From Chiloscyllium plagiosum (Eukaryota): a DNA stretch of 64,000 nt. Below the pieces are notes generated by a model. That model was given only the letters and a program-made list of their open reading frames with translations, made no database searches and was not told the origin of the DNA. This document shows positions 1 to 12,600 of the stretch, piece after piece. A program made the translations under genes and the position numbers. Location: assembly GCF_004010195.1 (NCBI RefSeq), contig NC_057752.1, positions 5,521,754 through 5,585,753 on the forward strand, read 5' to 3'. How positions within the stretch are numbered: position 1 is the first letter of the stretch; each line of letters begins with the position of its first letter.

Positions 1-322
1 GGAAGTGGTGGAGGCTGGTACAATTGCAACATTTAAGAGGCATTTGGATGGGTATATGAATAGGAAGGGTTTGGAGGGATATGGGCCGGGTGCTGGCAGG
101 TGGGACTTGATTGAGTTGGGATATCTGGTCGGCATGGACAGGTTGGTAAAAACAATGACTGCAGATGCTGGAAACCAGATTCTGGATCAGTGGTGCTGGA
201 AGAGCTGGAAGAGCACAGCAATTCAGGCAGCATCCGAGGAGCAGTAAAATCGACGTTTCGGGCAAAAGGACGGGTTGGACCAAAGGGTCTGTTTCCATGC
301 TGGCCATCTCTGCAACTCTATA
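1..322 (+). mobile_element. CR1/HER1-type LINE 3' end, interrupted at 147-267
   Basis: Encodes [25 protein letters not shown], the same C-terminal peptide as the other CR1 copies in the window. Confidence 0.85.
147..267 (-). mobile_element. Penelope-like element terminal fragment (family A) with half hammerhead motif
   Basis: Homologous to 12488, 38005 and 51052. Minus strand reads TTTTGCCC-GAAACGTCGA. Flanked by ggacaggttgg (136-146) and ggacgggttgg (268-278). Confidence 0.7.
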
Positions 323-324
323 AC

Positions 325-660
325 GTCCCAGCCTGCTTGTTTCCCTGTGTTATCTCTCGACGTGCCTGCTGGAACCTGCAGGGGGCGCCTGCGGGTCCGT
401 GCGCTCAGCTGCGATGGTGCCGAGCAGCAAAGGCGGCCCATCTTGCTGGTCTCGACTTGTTGGTGAGGAGGCGCGGAACGGAAGCGGTGCTATGTGGATG
501 GGGACGGAGAAGCGGAGGTGAAAGTCCGGTGTGGGGAGAAACAGAGTGAATGAAAACTGAAGAAGAGGGGACAGCGATCAGTGGAGCAATGGATTCGGTA
601 AGCGAGAAATGGCTGAACCCCCGGTGAAGAGCTGGGTGGTGGGCGCCACCTACTTCCGCA
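325..660 (+). promoter_or_regulatory. CpG-rich promoter / first-exon region of PRKAG1
   Basis: Local GC/CpG enrichment relative to the AT-rich, CpG-poor introns. ETS-like CGGAAG at 479-484. Directly precedes the ATG and first donor. Confidence 0.6.
589..597 (+). CDS. PRKAG1: PRKAG1 coding exon 1 (MDS)
   Basis: gcaATGGATTCG|gtaagc: strong Kozak context and strong donor. A 9-nt first coding exon matches what I recall of mammalian PRKAG1. Confidence 0.8.
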
Positions 661-3600
661 GCATCAATGCTTTAAACAGCTCAAGTTTATGAAATGAATC
701 CGATCTGAATCATCCACCTGCATCCAAAATCATTGATAATATTAGGTTATTTAATTCTTCCTGCTCCAGTTCTACTCTTTGGGACCAATTTTGTTTTTGG
801 GTTTAATAAGAACTGGGTAGAGGGGGTATCTCAGTCGGAAGGGAGGTTATCCAGATTTGGTGTCGAGAGCCATAAATGGTCGATCTACTGAAAAACGTCA
901 TGTCAAAAAAAAGGAAGGATGAGTATGGTAGTGTATTTAGTTTTTGTTTGGGAATGGAGAGTGCAGGGGTAAAAGGAAAGCGTTGCAAAAGCCTCCCATT
1001 TGCGTTTGTATGTACTGTATCCAATTGAGTCTGTAAGAGAAGACATTGTGGAAGGGATGGACTTGTTGGGGTAACCTTTCAGTGCTTGCTCCTTGCCACC
1101 CAGCAAAATTACCCGCCTCCCAGTTCCTGCTTATTTGGAGTAACTGTTACAAAGTGGACGGCACATAGTCCCCGGTTAGATTTGAGAAAGACCTCCGAGA
1201 GAGTGAAGCATTTTTTTTTCTGGTTCCTGAAACATGACTGTTATCCTTACCTATTATATTTGTATAACATGTTTGTTGGTTGAACATATATGATTAATTG
1301 CTGTTTCATGTTCCGTCTATATTCTAAGCAATTGATATAAAGTATTCAAAGGTAGTTACAACAAATTGAGTCTACTACAAAGTTGGCATTGTGCACTGCT
1401 CTCTTTGCCACAATGTAGCCTTGATGTAATCAATATCTTGACTATGGAATTTTAAAATTTTCCCCAAATGCTGAACAAATTATTCTTTACCAAAAGCAAA
1501 TTGTTGATTACCTTGGGGACTTGAACTCTGTGATTCTCCAGAGGCCATGGATATAAACAGAAAGCATTAATATGCTCTGTCAATATCCAGGTTGTGTATC
1601 TTTCCAGCAACCCCATGAAAGATTGCAGGCAAAGAGATTTGTTCAATATCTCTCCAGTGCTGAACTTTGAGAGTTGTTACTGTATTGACTGGAATATGAT
1701 GGCACTGGGAAGACTATGAACTTCAAATCCAACCTGCTGGCAGAGGCCGTCAACATTTTTTTATTTACAACATTGTTTCTTAATCTTGCATTTTTGTGCC
1801 TCAGTGTTGCAAACCTTCTTTAATTACCTTGTGTTGCAGTTGCTGACTTCCATTTTTTTGTAATGAGAGGCTCTTTTGAACATAATAGGTTATCATTCCA
1901 GTTTGTGACTGCCATCCTTGTGTTTAATCCTGGCATTTCTTGTTGAAATGAGATTTGAGACAAGCATGAGGTATTATGTTGGAAATCACAACCAACTAGA
2001 AATTTATCTTAATACGGTCCTGCCAGATCTGTGTGTCTCACATCTCATGCATTTAGTTTAGTTATTTTAATCGACCTGCTCAGACATGTTATGACACTCT
2101 CCAGGGCAGGTACGAGTTGAACCCAGATCTTTTGGCCTAGAGGTCGGGATACTGCCACTGTGCCACAAGATCTTAGTACGTCCAGCGTATGCAGATTTTT
2201 GATTTGATTTATTGTAGTCACATGTACCTAGGTACAGTGAAAAGTAGTAAGTAGTACAGGCAGATCATAGCAAGTAAGGGTATAGAGATGAAAGGGTGCT
2301 CAGACAGAGCAAGGCATACAGGTTGCATGGTACAGGAGGTGCGCAAAGCAAGATCAACATTAGCATTAGATATAGCAACCCAGACATGTTTTACTGAAAT
2401 GTCATCTTGAAATCTTCTATGCTTCTGATATACTTGAAATTTTCAAAGTACTTTTCAATTTGTTCAGCACCTGCACCAAACATTTTAAACTGGAACTGAT
2501 CTGAGGCCCACTGGCTTAATGGATGGATTTGTGGCCTCTTCCCAGTCTACTTTGTCTGAACCTATAAGCATGATGTTCTATTCCTTTTTACCTTGTGTTA
2601 ATCTAGCCCTGTGTCATTCATTGAAATTACTTTTTAAAAAAAAAACCTTGTGGTTTCATTTATTGACGACTCTTCAGGTAAGCCAGTTTCTGCCAAATTC
2701 ACTATTTGGATTTGTTACTGACCACACTTCTGAAGAAACTTATGGATTTTATTTAGTGATGATATGCCAGAAATGGTGCATCTTCTGTCATTGAAAATGG
2801 AGTGTAAAGAATAAAGTTCAGAATTGTAAATATTAACTTGCATTAGTTTTATAGCATAAAATGGGACAGATTTCCTGGTTGGAAAGATTTTATGACAGCA
2901 ATAAAGATATTGGTTTACCCCTTCCACATGACACATGGGCACATGAAGCTGTCTGCAATGAAATCTTGAGTAGTACTGAATAATTCAATCACCACCTAAT
3001 GAAAATTAATCCGTCTGACAGTATTTTTTAAAAAGAGTTCATGCAAATGTAGCAACAACACAAAAGTCTGAGTACCTTCAATTCATTTGGTTGACAAGTT
3101 GTACCAGTTCCAAAGAATCCCTCAACTTGAGCCCATTTGTTAGTTATTCATGAGAAGCTAATGTTTATTAGAACATCTCACAGCATTTGATATTTGTGGA
3201 ACATTGTTTCTGCTGCAACAGGGTAGCGATACTGAATCTGACTGTTTTTCAGTGTTACTTGTGGCTGTTTTGATACAGTCATCAGTAGCTAATGATGTGT
3301 GAATATTTTTGTCAGCTGTGAAGGGCATTGTAGGGGATGACGCACTTCTAAGGATTGGTTGAAGAGTGTTGTATTTTTTTTTAATTTTTTCTTTTACCCC
3401 CACACTACTGCCTAACTGCAGTAGTGCTTATATTTTCCCCCCCGCACCCATGTTGTGTGTGTGTGCAGGTGTGAGACACAGTGAAAGACACAAGGTGCTC
3501 GAATCTTTATTCAATTCCACCACCAGGAAGATAGGAAAACACCCGAGTGGCCAGTGACAAGCAGTGCCCTTCACATCAAAGGACAATGCGGTGTGATCAA

Positions 3601-6600
3601 ACAGTGAAGGGGAGGGCAGGAATTAAATCAAAATAGAATTGGACGGGGAAATAATACACTCCACTCCCTGTGGCGCCCACCTCTCCCTGAACAACTCCAG
3701 GGTGTTGGTGGACACTGCGTGTTCCTTCTCCAGAGACACCCGAGTTCTAACATAACTGCAGAGGAGGGGCAGGCAGTCGGCCCTAACGACCCCCTCCACA
3801 GCCCGCTGCCTGGACCTGTTTATGGCCAGTTTGGCCAGGCCCAGGAGCAGACCCACGAGGAGGTCCTCAGACCTGCCCTCCCCCCTCCGTACCGGGTGCC
3901 CGAAGATCAGGAGTGTGGGACTGAAGTGCAACCAAAAACAGAGAAGAATGTTTTTAAGAAAATCAGAAAGGAAGTGCAAACGGCCGCACCCAAAAAAATA
4001 CATGGTCCACGGACTCCACAGAACAAGCAGTTGGGCTGGGAGTCCATGAACCACCGCAATCTACGGTTGCGGGGGACCACTGCGTGCAGCACCCTCCACC
4101 CTAGATCCCCGAGAGAAAGGGGGAGGACTCCCGTGTAGAGGGCCCTCCACTGGGGATCCCCACCGCCCGGTGGCAAATGGGCACACCAAGGTGTGTCCGG
4201 GCGGTGGGTGAGGGAGAAGAGGTGGACGGTGTGCAGCAGCAGCCGATACAGGGCCCGTCATTTTATGTCCTTTAAAAAGGACAAAACTAAAATTCCGGAG
4301 GCGGCTCAGGTTGTGGGGCACAGGTTCCCGGGGGAAGTACGGGACTTTGGGGCCAATGTGAAATTCCGTCCGGGCAGGGGTACAATGCTGTGTTTTTTTC
4401 CCCTCTTTTTTTTTTTCCTCATTTTTTAAGTGCTGTGTGATAGGAATCTCTGTTTAATTTTTTTTAACCCCCCCCCACAATACCGCCTCACCGCGGTAGT
4501 GCTTATTTTTCCCCCAGCACCCATGGTGTGTGTATAGGTGTGAGACACAGTGAAAGACACAATGTGCACGAATCTTTATTCAATTTCCACCACCAGGAAG
4601 ATAGGAAAACACCCGGGTGGCCAGTGACAAACACTGCCCTTCACATCAAAGGGCAGTGCTGTGTGATCAAAACAGTGAAGGGGAGGGTAGGGACTAAATC
4701 AAAATAGAGTTGGAGGGAGAAATGATGCACTCCACTCCCTGCGGCGCCCACCTCTCCCTGAACAACTCCAGGGTGTTGGTCGACACCGCGTGCTCCTTCT
4801 CCAAGGACACCCGGGCTCTAACGTAACCCCAGAAGAGGGGCAGGCAGTCGGCCCTAACGGCCCCCTCCATGGCCCGCTGCCTCGACCTGTTAATGGTCAG
4901 TTTGGCCAGGCCCAGGAGCAGACTCACGAGGAGGTCTTCAGACCTGCCCTCCTTCCTCCATACCGAGTGCCTGAAGATCAGGAGCGTGGGACTGAACTGC
5001 AACCAAAAGCAGAGGAGGAGGTTTTTCAGAAAATCAAAAAGGGAGTGCAAACGCCCACACCCAATATATACATGGTCCACAGCGCCACAGAACAAGCAGT
5101 TGGGCTGGGAGTCTGTGAACCACCGCAATCTGCGGTTGCAGGGGACTGCTGCGTGCAGCACCCTCCACCCCAGATCCCCGAGAGAAAGAGGGGAGGACTC
5201 CCGTGTAGAGAGCCCTCCACTGGGGATCCCCACCGCCCGGTGGCAAATGGGCACGCCACGGCGTGTCCGGACGGTGGGTGAGAGAGATGAGGTGGACGGT
5301 GTGCAGCAGCAGCCGATACAGGGCCCGTCGTTTTATGTCCTTTAAAAAGGGCAAAACTAAAATTCCGGAGGTGGCTCAGGTTGTGGGGCACAGGTTCCCG
5401 GGGGAAGTACGGGACTTTGGGGCCAATGTGAAATTCCGTCCGGGCAGGGGTACAATGCTGTGTTTTAATTATGATGAGAACCACCCCCTAATTTCACTGC
5501 ACATGGTTCTACAACAAATACAGAGGAACCTTGATTATCTGGCATTCGATTATCCGAATTTTGGATTATCTGGCAAGATCGCAAGGTCCTGATGCTTGGC
5601 TAAACTCTGTTATCCAAACATTCGATTATCCGAACAAAATACTCCCTGCCTGTGTCGTTCGGATAATAGAGGTTCCTCTGTAGTTAATGTGTGAAACCAT
5701 GAAGGGTTTGAATTGAAACATGTTTGTACTAAACTTGTCTTGACTGGAGGTTTTGCTAAAACTATACAATGCACTACTCAGGCCGCAGCTGGAATAGTGT
5801 GAAGAGGTTTGGGCCCCTTATCTGAGGAAATATATGCTGTAATTGGAGGCAGTCCAGAGAAAGTTCTCTAGGTTGATACCACCTATGGAAGCACTGTCTT
5901 ATGAGGAGAGATTGAGTAGATTGGGTTTGTGCCTGGTGGAAAATTGAAGAATGAGAGGTGACCGTATTGAAACAACATATAAGACCCTTTAAAGGATTTG
6001 ACAGGGGAGATGCGCAAATGTTGTGCGAGTCTTGGACCAGAGGGCATAATCTCAGAATATTTAAAGCAGAGATGAGGAGGAATTTCTTTTGAGGATTGAG
6101 AGTCTATGGAATTCTTCACCACAGAGGGCTGTCAAGGCTGGGTCATCAAGAATATTCATGGCTGAATGTTAATCAGTAAGGAATCAATGGTTATGGGGAA
6201 AAACGGAAGGTGAGTATTGTCAGGTCAGCCGTGATCTCATTGAATGACAGAACAGACTGGATGGGCTGAATGGCCTACTGTTGCTCTTGTGTTATTGACT
6301 TTATTAGGATAGAATGTGTTGCAATAAGCATTGGTTCATTTGGAGAAGATGTCTTGTTGCAAAAGTGAAGAAGTACGTGACTGCATTTGTCTCCTTGTCT
6401 AAAGTCGTTACTGCCAGTAATCACAATTTAGGAACTGCAGTAGTTATTCTGATCTTTTCCCTGTTGTTTGATACTAAAAAATATGAATATAAATTGTTTA
6501 CACCCATTTCATTTACCCCACACACTTCATTTGCGTTTTCCAGAACTTATTTAATCTCCAGAAAGGTGAGTAATTATGGGTAAAACTTGCAAGGAGAGGT

Positions 6601-9600
6601 GGAGATTCTCTCTCCACCTATTCTACCTTATCCAAAAAAGGAAAACCACAAATGCAGTACTGCTTGAACGTTTCAGCATTGAGAGTGTGGAAGCTGCCCT
6701 TGTGTTTGATTCCTATGTTACCATTGAGCAGGGAAGATTGAGGCTATTTACTGAAAGCCCCACATGGAGTACTGATTAAAGGTGCCTTATCCCCACATCT
6801 CTTGTGAGTTCAGATGGACGAGGAGTCAGCTATTCAGGGGAAACTGCTTGATGATGCATCGGAGCACCAAAGTGCAATTGTATTGTAACCAGTGTGCAGT
6901 GTTAAAGCCACCTTGTCCATGCAGCCGCTTTGGTGTCTTTGTGCCAGTGCTGAGCAAACAATAGTGTTTAGGCAGAGCATGCAGTTCAAGTGGGACCCTG
7001 GATGCACGAAATACATCTGAGAGCCCTGAACTTTTGCAGGTAATGCCTACTACTCCATACGGTTGAATGACAAAAGCAAAAGATAATGCAAATGGAAAGA
7101 TCATAGATCTGAAACGTTCACCTTAAGTTTCTTCCTCTCCTCTGCAGATGATTCCTGCCTGATTGGTGTCAATAGTTTTTTTTTCCTTCCAATTTCTGCA
7201 TCTGCAGTATTTTTGATTTGTTTTCTTTGATTTAGTGGGTTGTCCAGGGTTAAACTAGTCTATTCTGACTAATGTTCAGAAACTCTTCTGATGCATCCAC
7301 AGCGCATGCTCAGCAATATGACAACAGTTGCATACAGTCAGTGCTTTGTGAAGGTCGATAATGGGCAGTCATTTTCCATGTTTATAAATGGGCAATCATT
7401 TATCACGGGTGTCATATTTTTGGTTCTGGTGTGCATTTTTATCGTACTAAATTCCATCTTGAACAGTATCAGTCTCCCCTAATGCTGCCAGCTAGCCAGC
7501 AGAGCTTGCAGTCATTTCCAGATTTCATGATACACAATCCAAGTATCCTCTCCAGTTTTGTTTATAAATGTTCTTCATAGCAGCTCACCCAGACCAAATC
7601 CTTGTCAACTCCAGCAACTTCTCCCAACATCAACGGAGATTCTTGTCAGCTGTGGCTGACTCATTTCTGAATCTCAAGTCCCACGCCAGGGCTTGTGCAG
7701 AAAAGTCCAAGTTGACACTGGAGTGGCAGTACTGAGGGAGTGCTGTAGTGTTGGCAGTGTTGTCTTTTTGAAGGGAGCAGTAAACTGAGGCCCCACCTAT
7801 CTGCTCAGGTGGATGGAAGAGATCCCACTCTTTCAAAGAAGAACTGGAGAGTTCAGGCTAGTGTTCTGGCGAATATTCATTCCTCAACATCATGGAAAAC
7901 CAGTGAGCCAATCCTAATTACTTTGCTATTTGTGGGAGCTCACAACATGTCAAAAAGCACTTAATTGGGCACCCATGCAAAGTGCAATTAAAAATGCAAT
8001 TTTTTTTTCCTCTTATTCATCAGCACTGTTTGGTCTCTGCCTGTTTTCAATACAGCTCACTATTTGTTATTAATTTTGCCAACTTTTGTCCTTTTTTAGA
8101 TGATGAGTTTTATTAAAACTCTGGATTTTCATCACCGGATTGTTAGTGTGTACACAATGATTAACCCTCTCTGGAGGGCTCCAATGGGCCTATTGCATAT
8201 GAGTGTGACCTTTAAAGCCATTCTGCCAAATCTTTGAGAACCCCCACAGTTATCGGCACAATAGCAGGGACCCCACATGCATCGCTGTTTTCTAAAGACA
8301 TTGGTTGCTCACAGTTTTTAAAATAAAAGTGCCATTTCTGTTGAAAATGCCAAGTACTATCCTACAATAACACAGAGTAGTCAGCCGACAAATCCATGAA
8401 ATATACATAAATACTATTACAGAATTCCTGAGCCAAAGTCCATGGCTTGAGAAACAGGCAGACAGCTAGTAATTTTGCATACCTGATTGTGAACATCCAT
8501 ACTTTCAATCACTGCTGATCGTGTCTAATATGCTGCTCATATTTCCCCATCTGTGCATATCATAAATGCTTTCTAATTTCCTGTCCGAAACTGCAGTTCT
8601 CATTAACAGTAGCTTTGTACTGTGTCAGTCCTGATGAGCTTTCATTCTTGAAGCAGTGATACTTAGAGTCATAGAGATGTACAGCATGGAAATAGACCCT
8701 TCCGTGCCGACCGGATATCCCAACCTAATCTAGTACCACCTGTCAGCACCCGGCCCATATCCCTCCAAACCCTTCCTATTCATATACCCATCCAAATGCC
8801 TTTTAAATGTTGCAGTTGTACCCGCCTCCACCACTTCCTCTGGCAGCTCATTCCATACACTTATCACCCTCTGCGTGAAAATGTTGCCCCTCAGATCTCT
8901 TTTATATCTTTCCCCTCTCACCCTAAACCTATGTCTTCTGGTTCTGGACTCCCCACCCTATGGAAAAGACCTTGTCTGTTTACCCTATCCATGCCCCTCA
9001 TGATTTTATAAAGCTCTATAAGGTCACCCCTCAGCCTCCAACACTCCAGAGAAAACAGCCCCAGCCTATTCAACCTCTCCCTATAGCTCAAATCCTCCAA
9101 CCCTGGCAACATCCTTGTAAATCTTTTCTGAACCCTTTCAAGTTTCACAACACCCTTCCAACAGGAAGGAGACCAGAATTGCACGCAATATTCCAAAAGT
9201 GGCCTAACCAATGTCTTGTACAGCCGCAACATGACCTCCCAACTCCTGTACTCAATACTCTGACCAATAAAGGAAAGCATACCAAATGCCTTTTCACTAT
9301 CCTATATACCTGCGACTCCACTTTCAAGGAGCTATGAACCTGCACTCCAAGGTCTCTTTGTTCAGCAACACTCCCTAAGACCTTACCATTAAGTGTATAA
9401 GTCCTGCTAAGATTTGCCTTTCCAAAATGCAACACCTCGCATTTATCTAAATTAAACTCCATTTGCAACTTCTCAGCCCATTGGCTCTTCTGATCAAGAT
9501 CCCGTTGTAATTCGAGGTAACCTTCTTCGCTGTCTACTGCACCTCCAATTTTGGTGTCATCTGCAAACTTACTAACTATACCTCTTATGCTCACATCCAA

Positions 9601-12600
9601 ATCGTTTATGTAAATGACAAAACATAGAGGACCCAGCACCGATCCTTGTGGCACTCCAGACTTCCAGTCTGAAAAACAACCCTCCACCACCACCCTCTGT
9701 CTTCTACCTTTGAGCCAGTTCTATATCCAAATGGCTAGTTCTCCCTGTATTCCATGAGATCTAAACTTGCTAATCAAACTCCCATGGGAAACCTTGTCGA
9801 ACGCCTGACTGAAGTCCACATAGATCACATCTACTGCTCTGCCCTCATCAATCCTCTTTGTTACTTCAAAAAGCTTAATCAAGTTTGTGAGACATGATTT
9901 CCCACGCATAAAGCCATGTTGACTATCCCTAACCAGTCCTTGCCTTTCCAAATACATGTACATCCTGTCCCTTAGGATTCCCTCCAACAACTTGCCCACC
10001 ACTGATGTCAGGCTCACTGGTCTATAGTTCTCTGGCTTGTCCTTACCACTCTTCTTAAACAGTATCACCACGTTAGCCAACCTCCAGTCTTCCGGCACCT
10101 CACCTGTGACTATCAATGATACAAATATCTCAGCAAGAGGCCCAGTAATCACTTCTCTAGCTTCCCACAGAGATCTCAGGTACACCTGATCAGGTCATGG
10201 GATTTATCCACCTTTCCCGGTTTCAAGACACCCACCAGCCTCCTCTGTAAAATGGAAATTATTCAAGATGTCCCTACAGTCTATATCTTCCATATCCTTT
10301 TCCACAGTAAATACTGATGCAAAATACTCGTTTAGAATCTCCCCCATTTCCTGTGGCTCCACACAAAGGCCACCTTGCTGATCTTTGAGGGGCCCTATTC
10401 TCTCCCTAGTTGCCCTTTTGTCCTTAATGTATTTGTAAAAACCCTTTGGATTCTCCTTAACTCTATTTGCCAAAGCGCTTTCATGTCCCCTTTTTGCCCT
10501 CCTGATTTCCCTCTTAAGTATAATCCTACTGCCTTTATACTCTTCTAAGGATTCACTTGATCTATCCTGTCTATACCTGACATATGCTTCCTTCTTTTTC
10601 TTATCATCATCCAGCATTCCCTATACCTACCAGCCTTTCCTTTCACCCTGACAGGAATATACTGTGTCTGGATTCTTGTTATCTCATTTCTGAAGGCTTC
10701 CCATTTTCCAGCCGTCCCTTTACCTGCGGACATCTGCCCCCAATCAGCTTTTGAAAGTTCTTGCCTAATACCGTCAAAATTGGCCTTTCTCCAGTTTAGA
10801 ACTTCAACTTTTAGATCTGGTCTATCTTTTTCCGTCACTATTTTAAAACTAACAGAATTATGGTTGCTGACCCCAAAGTGCTCCCCCACTGACACCTCAG
10901 TCACCTGCCCTGCCTTATTTTCCAAGAGTAGGTCAAGTTTTGCACTTTCTCCAGTAGGTACATCCACATACTGAATCAGAAAATTGTCTTGTTCGCACTC
11001 AACAAATTCCTCTCCATCTAAACCCTTAACACTGTTGCAGTCCCAGTCTGTTTGGAAACTTAAAATCCCCGACCATAACCACCCTATTATTCTTACAAAT
11101 AACTGAGATCTCCATACAAATTTATTTCTCAATTTCCCTCTGACTATTTGGGGGTCTATAATACAATCCCAATAAGGTTATCATCCCTTTCTTAATTCTC
11201 AGTTCCACTCAAATAGCTTCCCTGGATGTATTTCCGGGAATATCCTCCCTCTGCACAGCTGTAATGCTATCTCTTATCAAAAACGCCAACCCCCTCCTCT
11301 CTTGCCTCCCTTTCTGTCCTTCCTGGAGTATTTCTATCCTGGAACATGAAGCTGCCAGTCCTGTCTATCCCTGAGCCACATTTTCTGTAATTGCTATGAT
11401 ATCCCAGTTCCATGTTCCTCACCATGCCCTGAGTTCATCTGCCTTCCCTGTTAGGCCCCTTGCATTGAAATAAATGCAGTTTAATTTATGAGTCCTACCT
11501 TGTTCTCTGCTTTGTCCCTGCCTGCCCTGACTGTTTGACTTGCTTCATTTCACAACTGTGCCAGTCTCAGATTGATCTCTTTCCTCACTATCTCCCTGGG
11601 TCCCACCCCCCCCCCCTCCACCTTGTTAGTTTAAATCCTCCCGAGGAGCTCTAGCAAATCTCCCTGCCGGTATGTTAGTCCCCTTCCAATTTAGGTGCAA
11701 TCCATCCTTCTTGTACAGGTAACCACTATCCTAAAAGAGATTCCAATGATCCAAAAATGTGAATCCTTCTCCCAAACACCAGCTCCTCAGCCATGCATTC
11801 ATCTGCTCTATCTTCCTATTCCTACCCTCATTCACTTGTAGCACCGGGAGTCATCCAGATATTTCTATTTACTCTTGAGAAATGGTTAACTAGTACTGCA
11901 GGAAATACATTTTCATTTTAAAGAACTAAATCAGTTACATTAGCTTCTGTGCTTCAAGCTCGCATTGTGTTGCTGTTCAGATGACTATTCTGTGTTCTGG
12001 TATGTTATGTTCTATTGGTAGGTCAGTTCGATATTCTGTTGTAAGCATTAACTGTTCAAACTAAAATTATTTTATGGTACTTGTGTTAAAATAAATACAA
12101 TGTTTAAATGACTCATATGAATTGCACCTAGTGATGTGCAACTTATAACTACTTCACTTCCATTTAATTATTCATGCTGGGAAGAAATGTTCTTGTGTGT
12201 GTTGTTCAGACCTCGAACAGTTATTGTGTGGCTTAGACAGCTGCAGGTTACATCATGTCGTTCTTTTCAGTATGTATCTGTTTGTCATTGCAGTCCATGA
12301 TCTTGTGTGATCCAGCTGTGACTGGCACTGAGCTGCTACTTAGAGCTGTGTTTGATAATCAGATCTGTGCCAGCTCTGCCAGCTACTTATGCCTAGATCT
12401 TGAGCAGCCAGTTAACACCTGAAGAGCTGTTGGTAGTGATGTCTTGCTTTTTACCTGGGCTTTCCTGGAGGACAAAGTCATAGAGCTGAGACAACGTGAG
12501 GACTGCAGATGCTGGAGAGTCAGTCTAAAAGTGTGGCGCTGGAAAAGCACAGCAGGTCAGGCAGCATCTGAGGAGCAGGAGAGTTGATGTTTTGGACGTA

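Noticed and set aside
190..549. 119-aa ORF in frame with the PRKAG1 start
   Set aside because: It starts in repeat sequence, ends at TGA 547-549 before either ATG, and resembles no protein I know.
800..1220. Possible minus-strand LINE end or antisense exon (ORF 903..1106)
   Set aside because: Only a vague KRKWEAF resemblance. Not supportable without a database search.
3719..5592. Plus-strand ORFs of 75-163 aa
   Set aside because: Antisense shadows of GC-rich Tx1-like coding sequence.
2671..7045. CAG|GTAA motifs in intron 1 (about 2675 and 7037) as extra exons or ratchet sites
   Set aside because: Weak pyrimidine tracts and no coding similarity. Such motifs are expected by chance in a 26.5-kb intron.
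8625..8655. CTGATGA motif (possible further hammerhead or snoRNA box)
   Set aside because: No convincing stem II or GAAA box follows, and no C/D box pairing is evident.
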